A DNA stretch of 57,306 nt from the IMG/VR virus record IMGVR_UViG_3300046534_001237, positions 1 to 57,306 of that record. One strand, written 5' to 3'. Below the pieces are notes generated by a model, which saw only the letters and a program-made list of their open reading frames with translations, was not told the origin of the DNA and did no database searches. Positions within the stretch are counted from its first letter, which is position 1, and each line of letters begins with the position of its first letter. Shown piece by piece: positions 1 to 7,488 of this stretch. This DNA is from a virus (taxonomy: Duplodnaviria; Caudoviricetes). The position numbers and the translations under genes are program-made.

Positions 1-127
1 ATAGCTCGCTGCTTCTTATCAATACTTCTGCTTTTAAACCATTTAAAATTGTCGATATGCTCCGCTACCAAATCAGAGTCAAATTCATGGTCCCAAAGGT
101 AATTCGATAATTGAATAGAATGGTTTG
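1..127. repeat. Terminal direct repeat, copy 1 (circular-assembly overlap)
   Basis: Bases 1-127 (atagctcgct...gaatggtttg) are identical to 57180-57306. Confidence 0.97.
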
Positions 128-353
128 ATATAAAAGCCCGTACCGGCATATTTATCTCGCTTAGGTCCATAGTTCGCGATCTTAATTTAGAATTTGTATA
201 TTCAAAAATCTGATAAAAAGTTCTCATCTTTAATAGCATTGGTGAAACTTCATTCATAAATCTAACTATTAAATTGCTGGTTTTAGCTTCAACTCTCCAG
301 CAGTGTATTAGTTGTAAGTCCCAGATTTCCTGCATTTCTTCGTTATCCATCAT
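1..353 (-). CDS. Hypothetical protein, 5' part; continues across the circular join to a stop at 57089 (147 aa in total)
   Basis: ATG at 353 after AAGGAAG. The frame MMDNEEMQEIWDLQ...KKQRAI continues in frame at 57179 as KQSEKRRRQG...WTTVK*. It is absent from the ORF track because it wraps. Confidence 0.75.
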   Translation of the reverse strand, partial: MMDNEEMQEIWDLQLIHCWRVEAKTSNLIVRFMNEVSPMLLKMRTFYQIFEYTNSKLRSRTMDLSEINMPVRAFISNHSIQLSNYLWDHEFDSDLVAEHIDNFKWFKSRSIDKKQRA

Positions 354-702
354 ACTTCCTTGGTTGGGGTGTTAGTGACCATAAGTTACATGACCAGCGT
401 CATCAATATGAACACTTTGGTTTTTTACGTTGCGCCTAAATGCCACACCGTCTCTAACACCGTCTAGCTGTTTTTGGTGGGCGGCTTCTAGCTTGACAGC
501 TTCTTTTTTTACTGCATCAATTTCAGCTTCTAGTGGGTGCGGTATGCAATCTTGCCCTGTTGCTAATCCATAATTTTCGTGGGCACCTTCAACCCAAGCA
601 GCAATATTGTCTATTTGTTGATCCGTTGCTTTAATGCCTGAATCTTCAAGTGCTTCGGCTATACATTCATTCCAGTAATTCATAATCATACTTCCTTGGT
701 TG
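349..702. repeat. 18-bp direct repeat (349-366 and 685-702) covering the RBS and start codon of two consecutive genes
   Basis: atcatacttccttggttg occurs twice; on the minus strand it reads CAACCAAGGAAGTATGAT. Confidence 0.9.
372..689 (-). CDS. Hypothetical protein
   Basis: ORF with AAGGAAG RBS before the ATG at 689. Confidence 0.75.
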   Translation of the reverse strand: MIMNYWNECIAEALEDSGIKATDQQIDNIAAWVEGAHENYGLATGQDCIPHPLEAEIDAVKKEAVKLEAAHQKQLDGVRDGVAFRRNVKNQSVHIDDAGHVTYGH

Positions 703-786
703 CTCAATCAAATAAAAAGGAGACCCAGAACAAGCCTGAGTCTCAAACATCAAACGATAGGAGGAGGACTATCGCCTGGTTAAACT

Positions 787-1020
787 CTATTCACGATCAT
801 CGACATCACCAAAGACATCAGGTCGCAATCGGTGCCGGCTTACTCCAGTGGCTCGCTCGACGATTAGAACTAGGTCAGGTGGTAACTTCTTGTCACGGTT
901 AACCCATACACTCACTTGAGCTTGAGTCTTACCGACAAGGATTCCAAGCTTACCTTGGCTACCAGCAATGGACACTGCTTCTTGGAGCGCATCAAATTTA
1001 ATATTAGGGATCTTTTTCAT
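787..1020 (-). CDS. Cro/YdaS-like helix-turn-helix regulator
   Basis: AVSIAGSQGKLGILVGKTQAQVSVW...IVERATGVSRHRLRPDVFG has the Cro/YdaS HTH and the C-terminal LRPD motif; it is the first gene after a divergent promoter. Confidence 0.88.
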   Translation of the reverse strand: MKKIPNIKFDALQEAVSIAGSQGKLGILVGKTQAQVSVWVNRDKKLPPDLVLIVERATGVSRHRLRPDVFGDVDDRE

Positions 1021-1049
1021 GATTACCTTGAAATTAATAAATTAAATGC

Positions 1050-1078
1050 TTTATACGATAGATTACTATCTATGTCAA
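1050..1078 (-). promoter_or_regulatory. sigma70-type promoter (leftward) with an operator-like palindrome in the spacer
   Basis: TTGACA-N17-TATAAA on the minus strand; ATAGAT-N4-ATCTAT inverted repeat at 1058-1073. Confidence 0.8.
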
Positions 1079-1089
1079 AACAAAAGCTA

Positions 1090-1118
1090 TTGACAGTAAA
1101 AAGCAATTGATTTAATCT
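1090..1118 (+). promoter_or_regulatory. sigma70-type promoter (rightward)
   Basis: TTGACA-N17-TAATCT, back to back with the leftward promoter. Confidence 0.72.
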
Positions 1119-1323
1119 TCGCTCACTTGTTACCTAAATGAGATGGAAAAGAAAGATGGATACTATTTACGGCAAAGCCCTCAGAACCGAAACATCCCTC
1201 ACTAAAGATTACCTCCGATGAAGATAAACAAATCTTTGTTGATGGCAATTCTATTCATCCTGGCGACTGCATTCGTGCATACCGCTTTTACTTATTTATA
1301 ACCAACCCGTAAGGAGCATCAAA

Positions 1324-1500
1324 GTGGAAAAATACTACATCGAAGAATTTTTAAAAACTGGTGACGAAGGATTTATCAAGGCGATTATTGGCAGAAAAGG
1401 CCATGGTGCTTGCGTAGAAATTATTCAAGAAAATGTAACTCAAGCAGCTCAACTCGCTGTAAAAGTAATTAATGCGCTTAACAATAATTTAGATAAGTAA
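1324..1500 (+). CDS. Small hypothetical protein (58 aa)
   Basis: GTG start after AAGGAG; open to TAA at 1500. Confidence 0.6.
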   Translation: MEKYYIEEFLKTGDEGFIKAIIGRKGHGACVEIIQENVTQAAQLAVKVINALNNNLDK

Positions 1501-1534
1501 TCTTAATTAACTAACCCGTAACGGAGAGTAATCA

Positions 1535-2497
1535 ATGAGTGGTCAATTAGATCATGTACAACCTCAACCAGCACAAGGCATGGCATCAGCCAATGCCGAA
1601 GCGAATAGAGCTGTTGCCGAGATCCAGTCAGCAATGACGATCGCTAAGCGCTTTCCTCGCAATGAGATCCAAGCTATCGAGAATATTAAAAATACTTTCG
1701 GGCGACGATCTTTAGCAGAGGTTAGCCAGTACCAGTATGCCAAAGGTGGCACATCGGTATCGGGACCATCTATCCGTAGTGCTGAAGCAATCGCCCAGCG
1801 ATGGGGAAATATTCAGTTTGGTTTTCGTGAGATATCTCGCGGGATCAATGATAAAGGTATTGGGTATTCTGAAATTGAAGCCTATGCCTGGGATATTGAA
1901 AGCAACACCAAACGACCCGCTATTTTTATCGTTCCACATTGGCGGGATAGTAGGCAAGGTGGCTATGAAATCAAAGATGAAAGGGAGATCTACGAGTTAA
2001 CCGCGAACATGGCTCAGAGGCGCGTTAGAGCATGCATCATGGCTGTTATTCCGGGTGATATTTTTGATGAAGCGATGATAGTTGCTGAACAAACCTTAAA
2101 AGCCAATGCTGATTTAACTGCTGAAGGTTTAAAGAAGTTAGCCGATACATTCAAAAATGAATTCGGCATTCCTAGATCAGACATTGAGGCTCGAATACAG
2201 CGAAAGCTCGAATCTATACAGCCTGGTCAAGTAGTCCAACTGAAGCGTATTTATCGAAGCCTGGTTGATGGTATGAGCGAGCCTGGTGATTGGTTCGGTG
2301 ATAAGCCCAGTGCTGCCACAGAAGAGGCAGAGTCAGCACCCGAGCAGGATATGTTTGAAACTAACTTCGAGGGCTGGTCGGAAAAAATCAAAGCTGGCAG
2401 TAAAACCGCCAAACAGATGATTGCATTTTTAAGCAAAAAAATGGAATTAACCGAAGATCAAAAAGCACGTCTCAATAATGTGAAGGTGGAAAAGTAA
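1535..2497 (+). CDS. Putative single-strand annealing/recombination protein of an uncharacterised family
   Basis: AEIQSAMTIAKRFPRN...GPSIRSAEAIAQRWGN; occupies the usual SSAP position, translationally coupled (TAATG) to a YqaJ exonuclease. Confidence 0.55.
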   Translation: MSGQLDHVQPQPAQGMASANAEANRAVAEIQSAMTIAKRFPRNEIQAIENIKNTFGRRSLAEVSQYQYAKGGTSVSGPSIRSAEAIAQRWGNIQFGFREISRGINDKGIGYSEIEAYAWDIESNTKRPAIFIVPHWRDSRQGGYEIKDEREIYELTANMAQRRVRACIMAVIPGDIFDEAMIVAEQTLKANADLTAEGLKKLADTFKNEFGIPRSDIEARIQRKLESIQPGQVVQLKRIYRSLVDGMSEPGDWFGDKPSAATEEAESAPEQDMFETNFEGWSEKIKAGSKTAKQMIAFLSKKMELTEDQKARLNNVKVEK

Positions 2498-4359
2498 TGG
2501 AAATTTTGGACCTAGTTCCTGGTACCGACGCTTGGTTGTGCGCTCGTCTGAACCACAAGACCGCAAGTGAAGCTGCAGCGGTAATGGGTGAGTCAAAGCA
2601 CATGACTCGAAATCAATTACTGGCGCTTAAAAAAGGCTGGAAAAATAACCCGAATGACTCATTTAAGGAGCAGTTATTTGAAAAGGGCCATGAGTTTGAA
2701 GCTGCGGCCAGAGATCTTATTGAAGACCAAGAGTGCGAAGACTTTCCGCCCATTGTCGGTAGCGTCACAGTAGATGGTTTATTGCTTTTAGCTTCATTTG
2801 ACGGAATAAGTAATGTTACCAAAAAACGGATCAAGTCATTAATCTGGGAGCATAAAAGCCCAAATGAAGCTTTGATGGAAAACACTCTTAACGGAATGCT
2901 AACCGGTCAGCATTATTGGCAGTTAGAGCACCAGATGATCGTTGCTGGTACTGATGTTGTACTATTTACCGTGTCAAACGGCACCCTAAGCAAGAAGGTC
3001 GACTATCTCTATGAATCTGTACCACAGCGCCGAAAAGATTTAATGGATGCCTGGAAGCAATTTGACATAGATCTACCTGGCTATGTGCTTGAAGCCAGAC
3101 CAGAAAAGATCGAGTCTAAGCCTGTTGATAATTTCCCCATTGTTGAGTTTGGTATTACCGGTACCGCCATTGATTCTAATATTGAGAAGTGCCTGGAATT
3201 AGTTCGCGATCGTGCACAGCAAGAAATGTCGGTAATACTTGAATCTGATGAAGATTTTGCTCGTAAAGAAACTTTGAACAAAACTGTTAAAACAGCTCGC
3301 GCCGATCTAAAAGCTATTGTTAGCAATGTACTAACTAAGTTCGGTAGCTTGGATGCATTCAATAAATTTGCTGGTGACTATGATTCTGTTTTGCAGAAAA
3401 TGCAGAGTCATGGTGAGAAGCAGGTATTGGAAGCCAAGCAGGCTAAAAAGGATCAGATTGTAAAAAGTGCAGTCAAGAAAATAGACGCCCTTACCGACAT
3501 CATTAACGAAGAAGTATCGCCAATTAACTTCAAAAACCTGTTATCGGTGTCACCTGACTTCCATGGCGCAATGAAAGGCAAGCGTGATATCTCGAAGCTG
3601 ATTGATGCGGTCGATCAGGAGCTGGCGCGGGTAATGATCATCATAAACGCGCTGAGAGATACAGTCGTAACCAACCTGGCCACAATGCGAGAGCATGCCT
3701 CGGACCATAAGTTTCTTTTTACCGATATGAGCGAGCTGATCATAAAGGATAATGAGGCTTTGATTGCTATTGTTAAATTACGGATCTCTGATTACGAAGC
3801 TGAGCAGGATAAAAAGGCCGCGGCTTTAGTTGAGAAGGCTCGTATCGAAGTAGCAATGATCGATATTCACGAAGCTGGCTTAAAAACGGATGGATTAACC
3901 GCCAAAGAAATTAACGATAAGCATGCTGAACTTCAGAATACTGTTATTAATGAAGATATTTTTGGCGGCTCTGTTGCTTTGGCGAAAACCACGCTTGATG
4001 AAGCTCTAAAGAGTCTGGAACAGGCTTATCGCGATATCACTGCCACCAAGGAATTTGTAGCCGAGGAAGTTAAACCGGAAGAGGTTAATCTGGTATTGGA
4101 GCAAACAACCCAAGTAGCCTTTGTCGGTAAACATTCAGCTACTTTTAATGTTGATGACTTTTCGGGGCCATCCGATTTAATGGATCAATTAATGGATACT
4201 GAGGCTCCGGTAGCCGTAAGGGACGCTCCAAGATTAGCGACTCAGCTCAGAATTTGGTGCTTTGACAATAAAGTATCAGACTCTGGCATTAATGATCTGG
4301 TGGCTATTCTCAATAACCATGGTCACGATGACCTTCTCACTAACGATGTAAAAAACTAA
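2497..4359 (+). CDS. YqaJ/lambda-exonuclease-family nuclease with a long helical C-terminal extension
   Basis: PGTDAWL..R...TASEAAAVMG, GHEFE, ASFDG, WEHK and HYWQLEHQM motifs. Confidence 0.88.
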   Translation: MEILDLVPGTDAWLCARLNHKTASEAAAVMGESKHMTRNQLLALKKGWKNNPNDSFKEQLFEKGHEFEAAARDLIEDQECEDFPPIVGSVTVDGLLLLASFDGISNVTKKRIKSLIWEHKSPNEALMENTLNGMLTGQHYWQLEHQMIVAGTDVVLFTVSNGTLSKKVDYLYESVPQRRKDLMDAWKQFDIDLPGYVLEARPEKIESKPVDNFPIVEFGITGTAIDSNIEKCLELVRDRAQQEMSVILESDEDFARKETLNKTVKTARADLKAIVSNVLTKFGSLDAFNKFAGDYDSVLQKMQSHGEKQVLEAKQAKKDQIVKSAVKKIDALTDIINEEVSPINFKNLLSVSPDFHGAMKGKRDISKLIDAVDQELARVMIIINALRDTVVTNLATMREHASDHKFLFTDMSELIIKDNEALIAIVKLRISDYEAEQDKKAAALVEKARIEVAMIDIHEAGLKTDGLTAKEINDKHAELQNTVINEDIFGGSVALAKTTLDEALKSLEQAYRDITATKEFVAEEVKPEEVNLVLEQTTQVAFVGKHSATFNVDDFSGPSDLMDQLMDTEAPVAVRDAPRLATQLRIWCFDNKVSDSGINDLVAILNNHGHDDLLTNDVKN

Positions 4360-4371
4360 GAGTAAAATATT

Positions 4372-4659
4372 ATGCCTAAAAATACTGAAACCAAAACCAC
4401 CACGAAAGCCAAGCCAGTGCCCGGCGTTTCAATATCGCTTACTGATGAAGTTTTAGATAACTTTACAGAAGTTAAGCAGTTCCTTCTAAGGGTGGCACCA
4501 GGTATTCGTCCAACTAATGCCGATGTTGCTCGATACGCTTTTCACCTTGCTGCAGAAGCTTGCAACCTTCGGCCAGTTGCGGGTGGCTTTGAGAGCTCGA
4601 TAACAAGTATGGACCCGGTTACTTATAAAGTTATGTCAGAAGGCGTTATTGGGGATTAA
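4372..4659 (+). CDS. Hypothetical protein (possibly ribbon-helix-helix-like)
   Basis: ORF in operon; VSISLTDEVL...TNADVARYA pattern is only suggestive. Confidence 0.6.
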   Translation: MPKNTETKTTTKAKPVPGVSISLTDEVLDNFTEVKQFLLRVAPGIRPTNADVARYAFHLAAEACNLRPVAGGFESSITSMDPVTYKVMSEGVIGD

Positions 4660-4670
4660 AGTTAGATAAT

Positions 4671-4706
4671 CACCTGGTCGGCCGTATTGGTCGACCAAGT
4701 GTTTTT
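4671..4706 (+). terminator. Intrinsic terminator-like hairpin
   Basis: cacctggtcggcc-gtatt-ggtcgaccaagtg followed by TTTTT. Confidence 0.55.
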
Positions 4707-4709
4707 AGT

Positions 4710-4881
4710 AGTGGAGTGGCGGAAGTGGCAGACGCTAAAGTGATGCTCTTATAGACAGGTTGGTATTAGGTGTAACCGTAAAAGTAAAATTACATATTCA
4801 CCTCTGAGTAAACAGACCGAGAAGTCTCTCTAAACTAGTATTTAAACTCCTGTCGTGCAGGTTCGAATCCTGCCTCCACTA
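4710..4881 (+). ncRNA. tRNA-like RNA (Leu-type D arm and canonical T arm) with a degenerate anticodon arm and a ~100-nt structured variable-arm insertion
   Basis: Acceptor stem AGTGGAG/CTCCACT; D arm GCG-GAAGTGGCAGA-CGC; T arm GCAGG-TTCGAAT-CCTGC; GACAGG (4754-4759)/CCTGTC (4849-4854) closes the insert. Confidence 0.8.
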
Positions 4882-4928
4882 CTAAACACATTACCCGAGT
4901 ATTTTTTAACCAACCAGAAGGAAGGATC

Positions 4929-5504
4929 ATGAACGAAGACAGCACGAATATTTTATTTTTCGACACCGAGACAACGGGAATACCAGACTGGAAAAAACCG
5001 TCTCACTTTAAAACCCAGCCGCATATTGTCCAGCTGGCAGTTATTTTGAGTGATGAAAATCGCGAAACTATCGGTGAGTTGAACGTCATTGTTCGACCCG
5101 ATGGATGGACTATCCCCCAAGAGACTATCGATGTTCACGGCATTACCAATGAGCAAGCAATGGACGAAGGTTTTGCTGAAATAGATGCGCTTCAAATGTT
5201 TATTGATCTGTATCAGCAATGCGGCCTTCGAGTGGCGCACAATACCACTTTCGATAATCGAATTATCCGAATAGCCTTGTTGCGCTATATGCGAGATTTA
5301 ATCGAAGATGATGAATGGAAGGCCCGAGACCTCTATTACTGCACCCTAATGAACTCTAAGAAGATCATGGGCGGCAAGAGTGGTCATACCTTACCCGAAG
5401 CACTGAAGCACTTCACTGGTGAAGAACTGGTGGATGCTCATAGCGCTATGGGCGATACTATTGGCTGTCAGAAATTGTACTACGGCATTCAAGACCAGGC
5501 TTAA
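4929..5504 (+). CDS. DEDDh 3'-5' exonuclease (DnaQ/PolIII-epsilon-like)
   Basis: FFDTETTG, VAHNTTFD and AHSAMGD motifs. Confidence 0.92.
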   Translation: MNEDSTNILFFDTETTGIPDWKKPSHFKTQPHIVQLAVILSDENRETIGELNVIVRPDGWTIPQETIDVHGITNEQAMDEGFAEIDALQMFIDLYQQCGLRVAHNTTFDNRIIRIALLRYMRDLIEDDEWKARDLYYCTLMNSKKIMGGKSGHTLPEALKHFTGEELVDAHSAMGDTIGCQKLYYGIQDQA

Positions 5505-5538
5505 TCTAGTTTATTAATTAAAAAATGGAGAAAAATGT

Positions 5539-5727
5539 ATGCTTATTTTAAGCAGAAATGTAAGCGAATCGATCGTTATTGGTGAAAATGTCACCATCAC
5601 GGTTCTTGCTGTTACCGGCAAGCAGGTTCGAATCGGTATTGAGGCGCCTAAAGATGTGCCTGTTAATCGCCAGGAGATCCATGATCGAATGGTGAAGGAC
5701 GGAAAAGTAATTAGTCTCGCTGATTAA
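5539..5727 (+). CDS. csrA: Carbon storage regulator CsrA/RsmA homologue
   Basis: [47 protein letters not shown] matches the CsrA consensus. Confidence 0.95.
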   Translation: MLILSRNVSESIVIGENVTITVLAVTGKQVRIGIEAPKDVPVNRQEIHDRMVKDGKVISLAD

Positions 5728-5748
5728 CTAATTTTGGAGGTTATTAAA

Positions 5749-6003
5749 GTGAAAGAAGACCAACTTGAAAAAGCTAATAAACTAATCGCTCTTCGCAGAG
5801 CGATAGTTCGAGAGCTGAAAATATGGGAAGAAGACCTAACCAGTAAAAACAAACTTGGTTACCTCCAAGGGTGGAATAGAAATCACGCCACTGAATTAGA
5901 AACGAATGTATCAGATGGCGTTTTTGATGAATTTAGGTGTTCAGCAATGGATAATTTAAAGTTAAAGCTGGTAGCTATTGATTCTGAGTTTAACGAAATA
6001 TAA
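5749..6003 (+). CDS. Hypothetical protein
   Basis: GGAGG RBS before the GTG at 5749. Confidence 0.7.
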   Translation: MKEDQLEKANKLIALRRAIVRELKIWEEDLTSKNKLGYLQGWNRNHATELETNVSDGVFDEFRCSAMDNLKLKLVAIDSEFNEI

Positions 6004-6069
6004 TCCCATAACTAAAGCCAGTTCCCCTGATCTGGACTATCAAAATCAGCTGTAATTAAGGAGAGAATT

Positions 6070-6246
6070 GTGAGCAACGAACCATATCAACCCAAATACC
6101 TTGAAGTGAAGTTCGTCATTAACCCGAACCCTAGAGGCACTAGCACAAGGACTGATAATAGCGAGGCCGCTCAAAACCATAAGAAAGCCCTGGAAGCTTA
6201 TGAGGACCTTATGGAAGAAAAGAAACTAGACGAATGGTGGGACTAA
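6070..6246 (+). CDS. Small hypothetical protein (58 aa)
   Basis: AAGGAG RBS, GTG start, TAATG coupling to the next small ORF. Confidence 0.6.
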   Translation: MSNEPYQPKYLEVKFVINPNPRGTSTRTDNSEAAQNHKKALEAYEDLMEEKKLDEWWD

Positions 6247-6371
6247 TGAATAACGACGAACTGTCTAAGCAGATTTTTATTCGCGCATTAAGAACAAAGT
6301 TAGTTGTATTTGCCATAGAGATAATCGCCGTTATTGCGTTTGTTGCTCATTGTACAATCGAGAATATGTAA
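6246..6371 (+). CDS. Small hydrophobic protein (41 aa)
   Basis: TAATG overlaps at both ends; LVVFAIEIIAVIAFVA hydrophobic stretch. Confidence 0.45.
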   Translation: MNNDELSKQIFIRALRTKLVVFAIEIIAVIAFVAHCTIENM

Positions 6372-7477
6372 TGAACGTACTATCACTTTTTAACGGAATG
6401 TCATTCGGAAAAATGGCACTAGAAGCTTTAGATGTAAAAGTTCAAAAGTATTACAGCGCCGAAATTGATAAATACGCAAATCAGGCAACGCAGGCTCTAT
6501 TCCCTGGCACCATCCAATTAGGTGATATTACGGATTGGGAAAATTGGGATATAGATTGGGCTAACATCGATTTAGTTACTGGCGGGTTTCCCTGTCAAGC
6601 GTGGTCTATGGCCGGTAAGCAGTTAGGCGACAAAGACGAGCGAGGTATGCTGTTCTGGGTGATGCTAGATATTATGAAGCACGTTAAACATCACAACCCG
6701 AACGCTGATTTTTTGATTGAAAACGTCAAAATGAAGAAGGAGTTTGAGCAATATATTACAACTCACACTGAAAACGCGCTAGGGAAGGTGAACAAGATTT
6801 TAATCAATAGCGCGCTAGTATCTGCTCAGAATCGTAATAGATATTACTGGGCTAGCTTTGAAGTTGGACAGCCAGAAGATAAAGGAATTTTACTTAGGGA
6901 TATTATCGAGCCATTATGCCGCGATGTAAATTCTGATGGCTGGCACAAGTGGTGGTTAGAAAAGCAAGAATTTCAAATCAAAAAGAAATATTCAGCAATA
7001 TGCAATGATGGCTCAACAAATAAAGCCATCTGCATGACTGCTAGGCAATATGCTAGCTGGAACGGGAGTTTCCTTATTATGCAAAAACCTCGAGGTAATA
7101 ACCTAGGGGGGGAAAGGGCGATTGATGGTAAAACACCTTGCTTGAGTGCTAATTCATGGGAGCATAATAATCACTTAATGTTTAAATCTGCATCTGAAAG
7201 GGGGCGTGGTTTCGAAGTTAGAAAAGACGATAAAGCTAACTGCTTATTATCTGACGGGCATCAATCAAGATGGTTAGCTAATGATGGCGCCAAGTATCGA
7301 AAACTAACACCGCGCGAATGCTTTAGGCTTCAAACAGTACCAGAGCACCACATAGACACGCTATTAAGCGCGGGTATTAGCAACTCGCAACTCTATAAAA
7401 TGTGCGGTAACGGGTGGACGATGGAGGTTATAAAACATATTTTCAAATCAATGGTAGATGGTTTAATCAATGAATAG
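6371..7477 (+). CDS. C5-cytosine DNA methyltransferase 1
   Basis: VLSLFNG (motif I), GGFPCQ (IV), ENV (VI), QNRNRYYW (VIII), RKLTPRECFRLQ (IX), GNG (X). Confidence 0.93.
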   Translation: MNVLSLFNGMSFGKMALEALDVKVQKYYSAEIDKYANQATQALFPGTIQLGDITDWENWDIDWANIDLVTGGFPCQAWSMAGKQLGDKDERGMLFWVMLDIMKHVKHHNPNADFLIENVKMKKEFEQYITTHTENALGKVNKILINSALVSAQNRNRYYWASFEVGQPEDKGILLRDIIEPLCRDVNSDGWHKWWLEKQEFQIKKKYSAICNDGSTNKAICMTARQYASWNGSFLIMQKPRGNNLGGERAIDGKTPCLSANSWEHNNHLMFKSASERGRGFEVRKDDKANCLLSDGHQSRWLANDGAKYRKLTPRECFRLQTVPEHHIDTLLSAGISNSQLYKMCGNGWTMEVIKHIFKSMVDGLINE

Positions 7478-7488
7478 AGGAACAAATA

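Noticed and set aside
696-1110. Plus-strand ORFs 696-902 and 916-1110 as a CI repressor
   Set aside because: They overlap cro and the promoters on the opposite strand and have no HTH or peptidase motif.
4710-4881. Functional tRNA, intron-containing tRNA or tmRNA
   Set aside because: The anticodon arm is non-canonical, the insert is in the variable arm and too short for a self-splicing intron, and there is no G3-U70 or GGGG 5' end.
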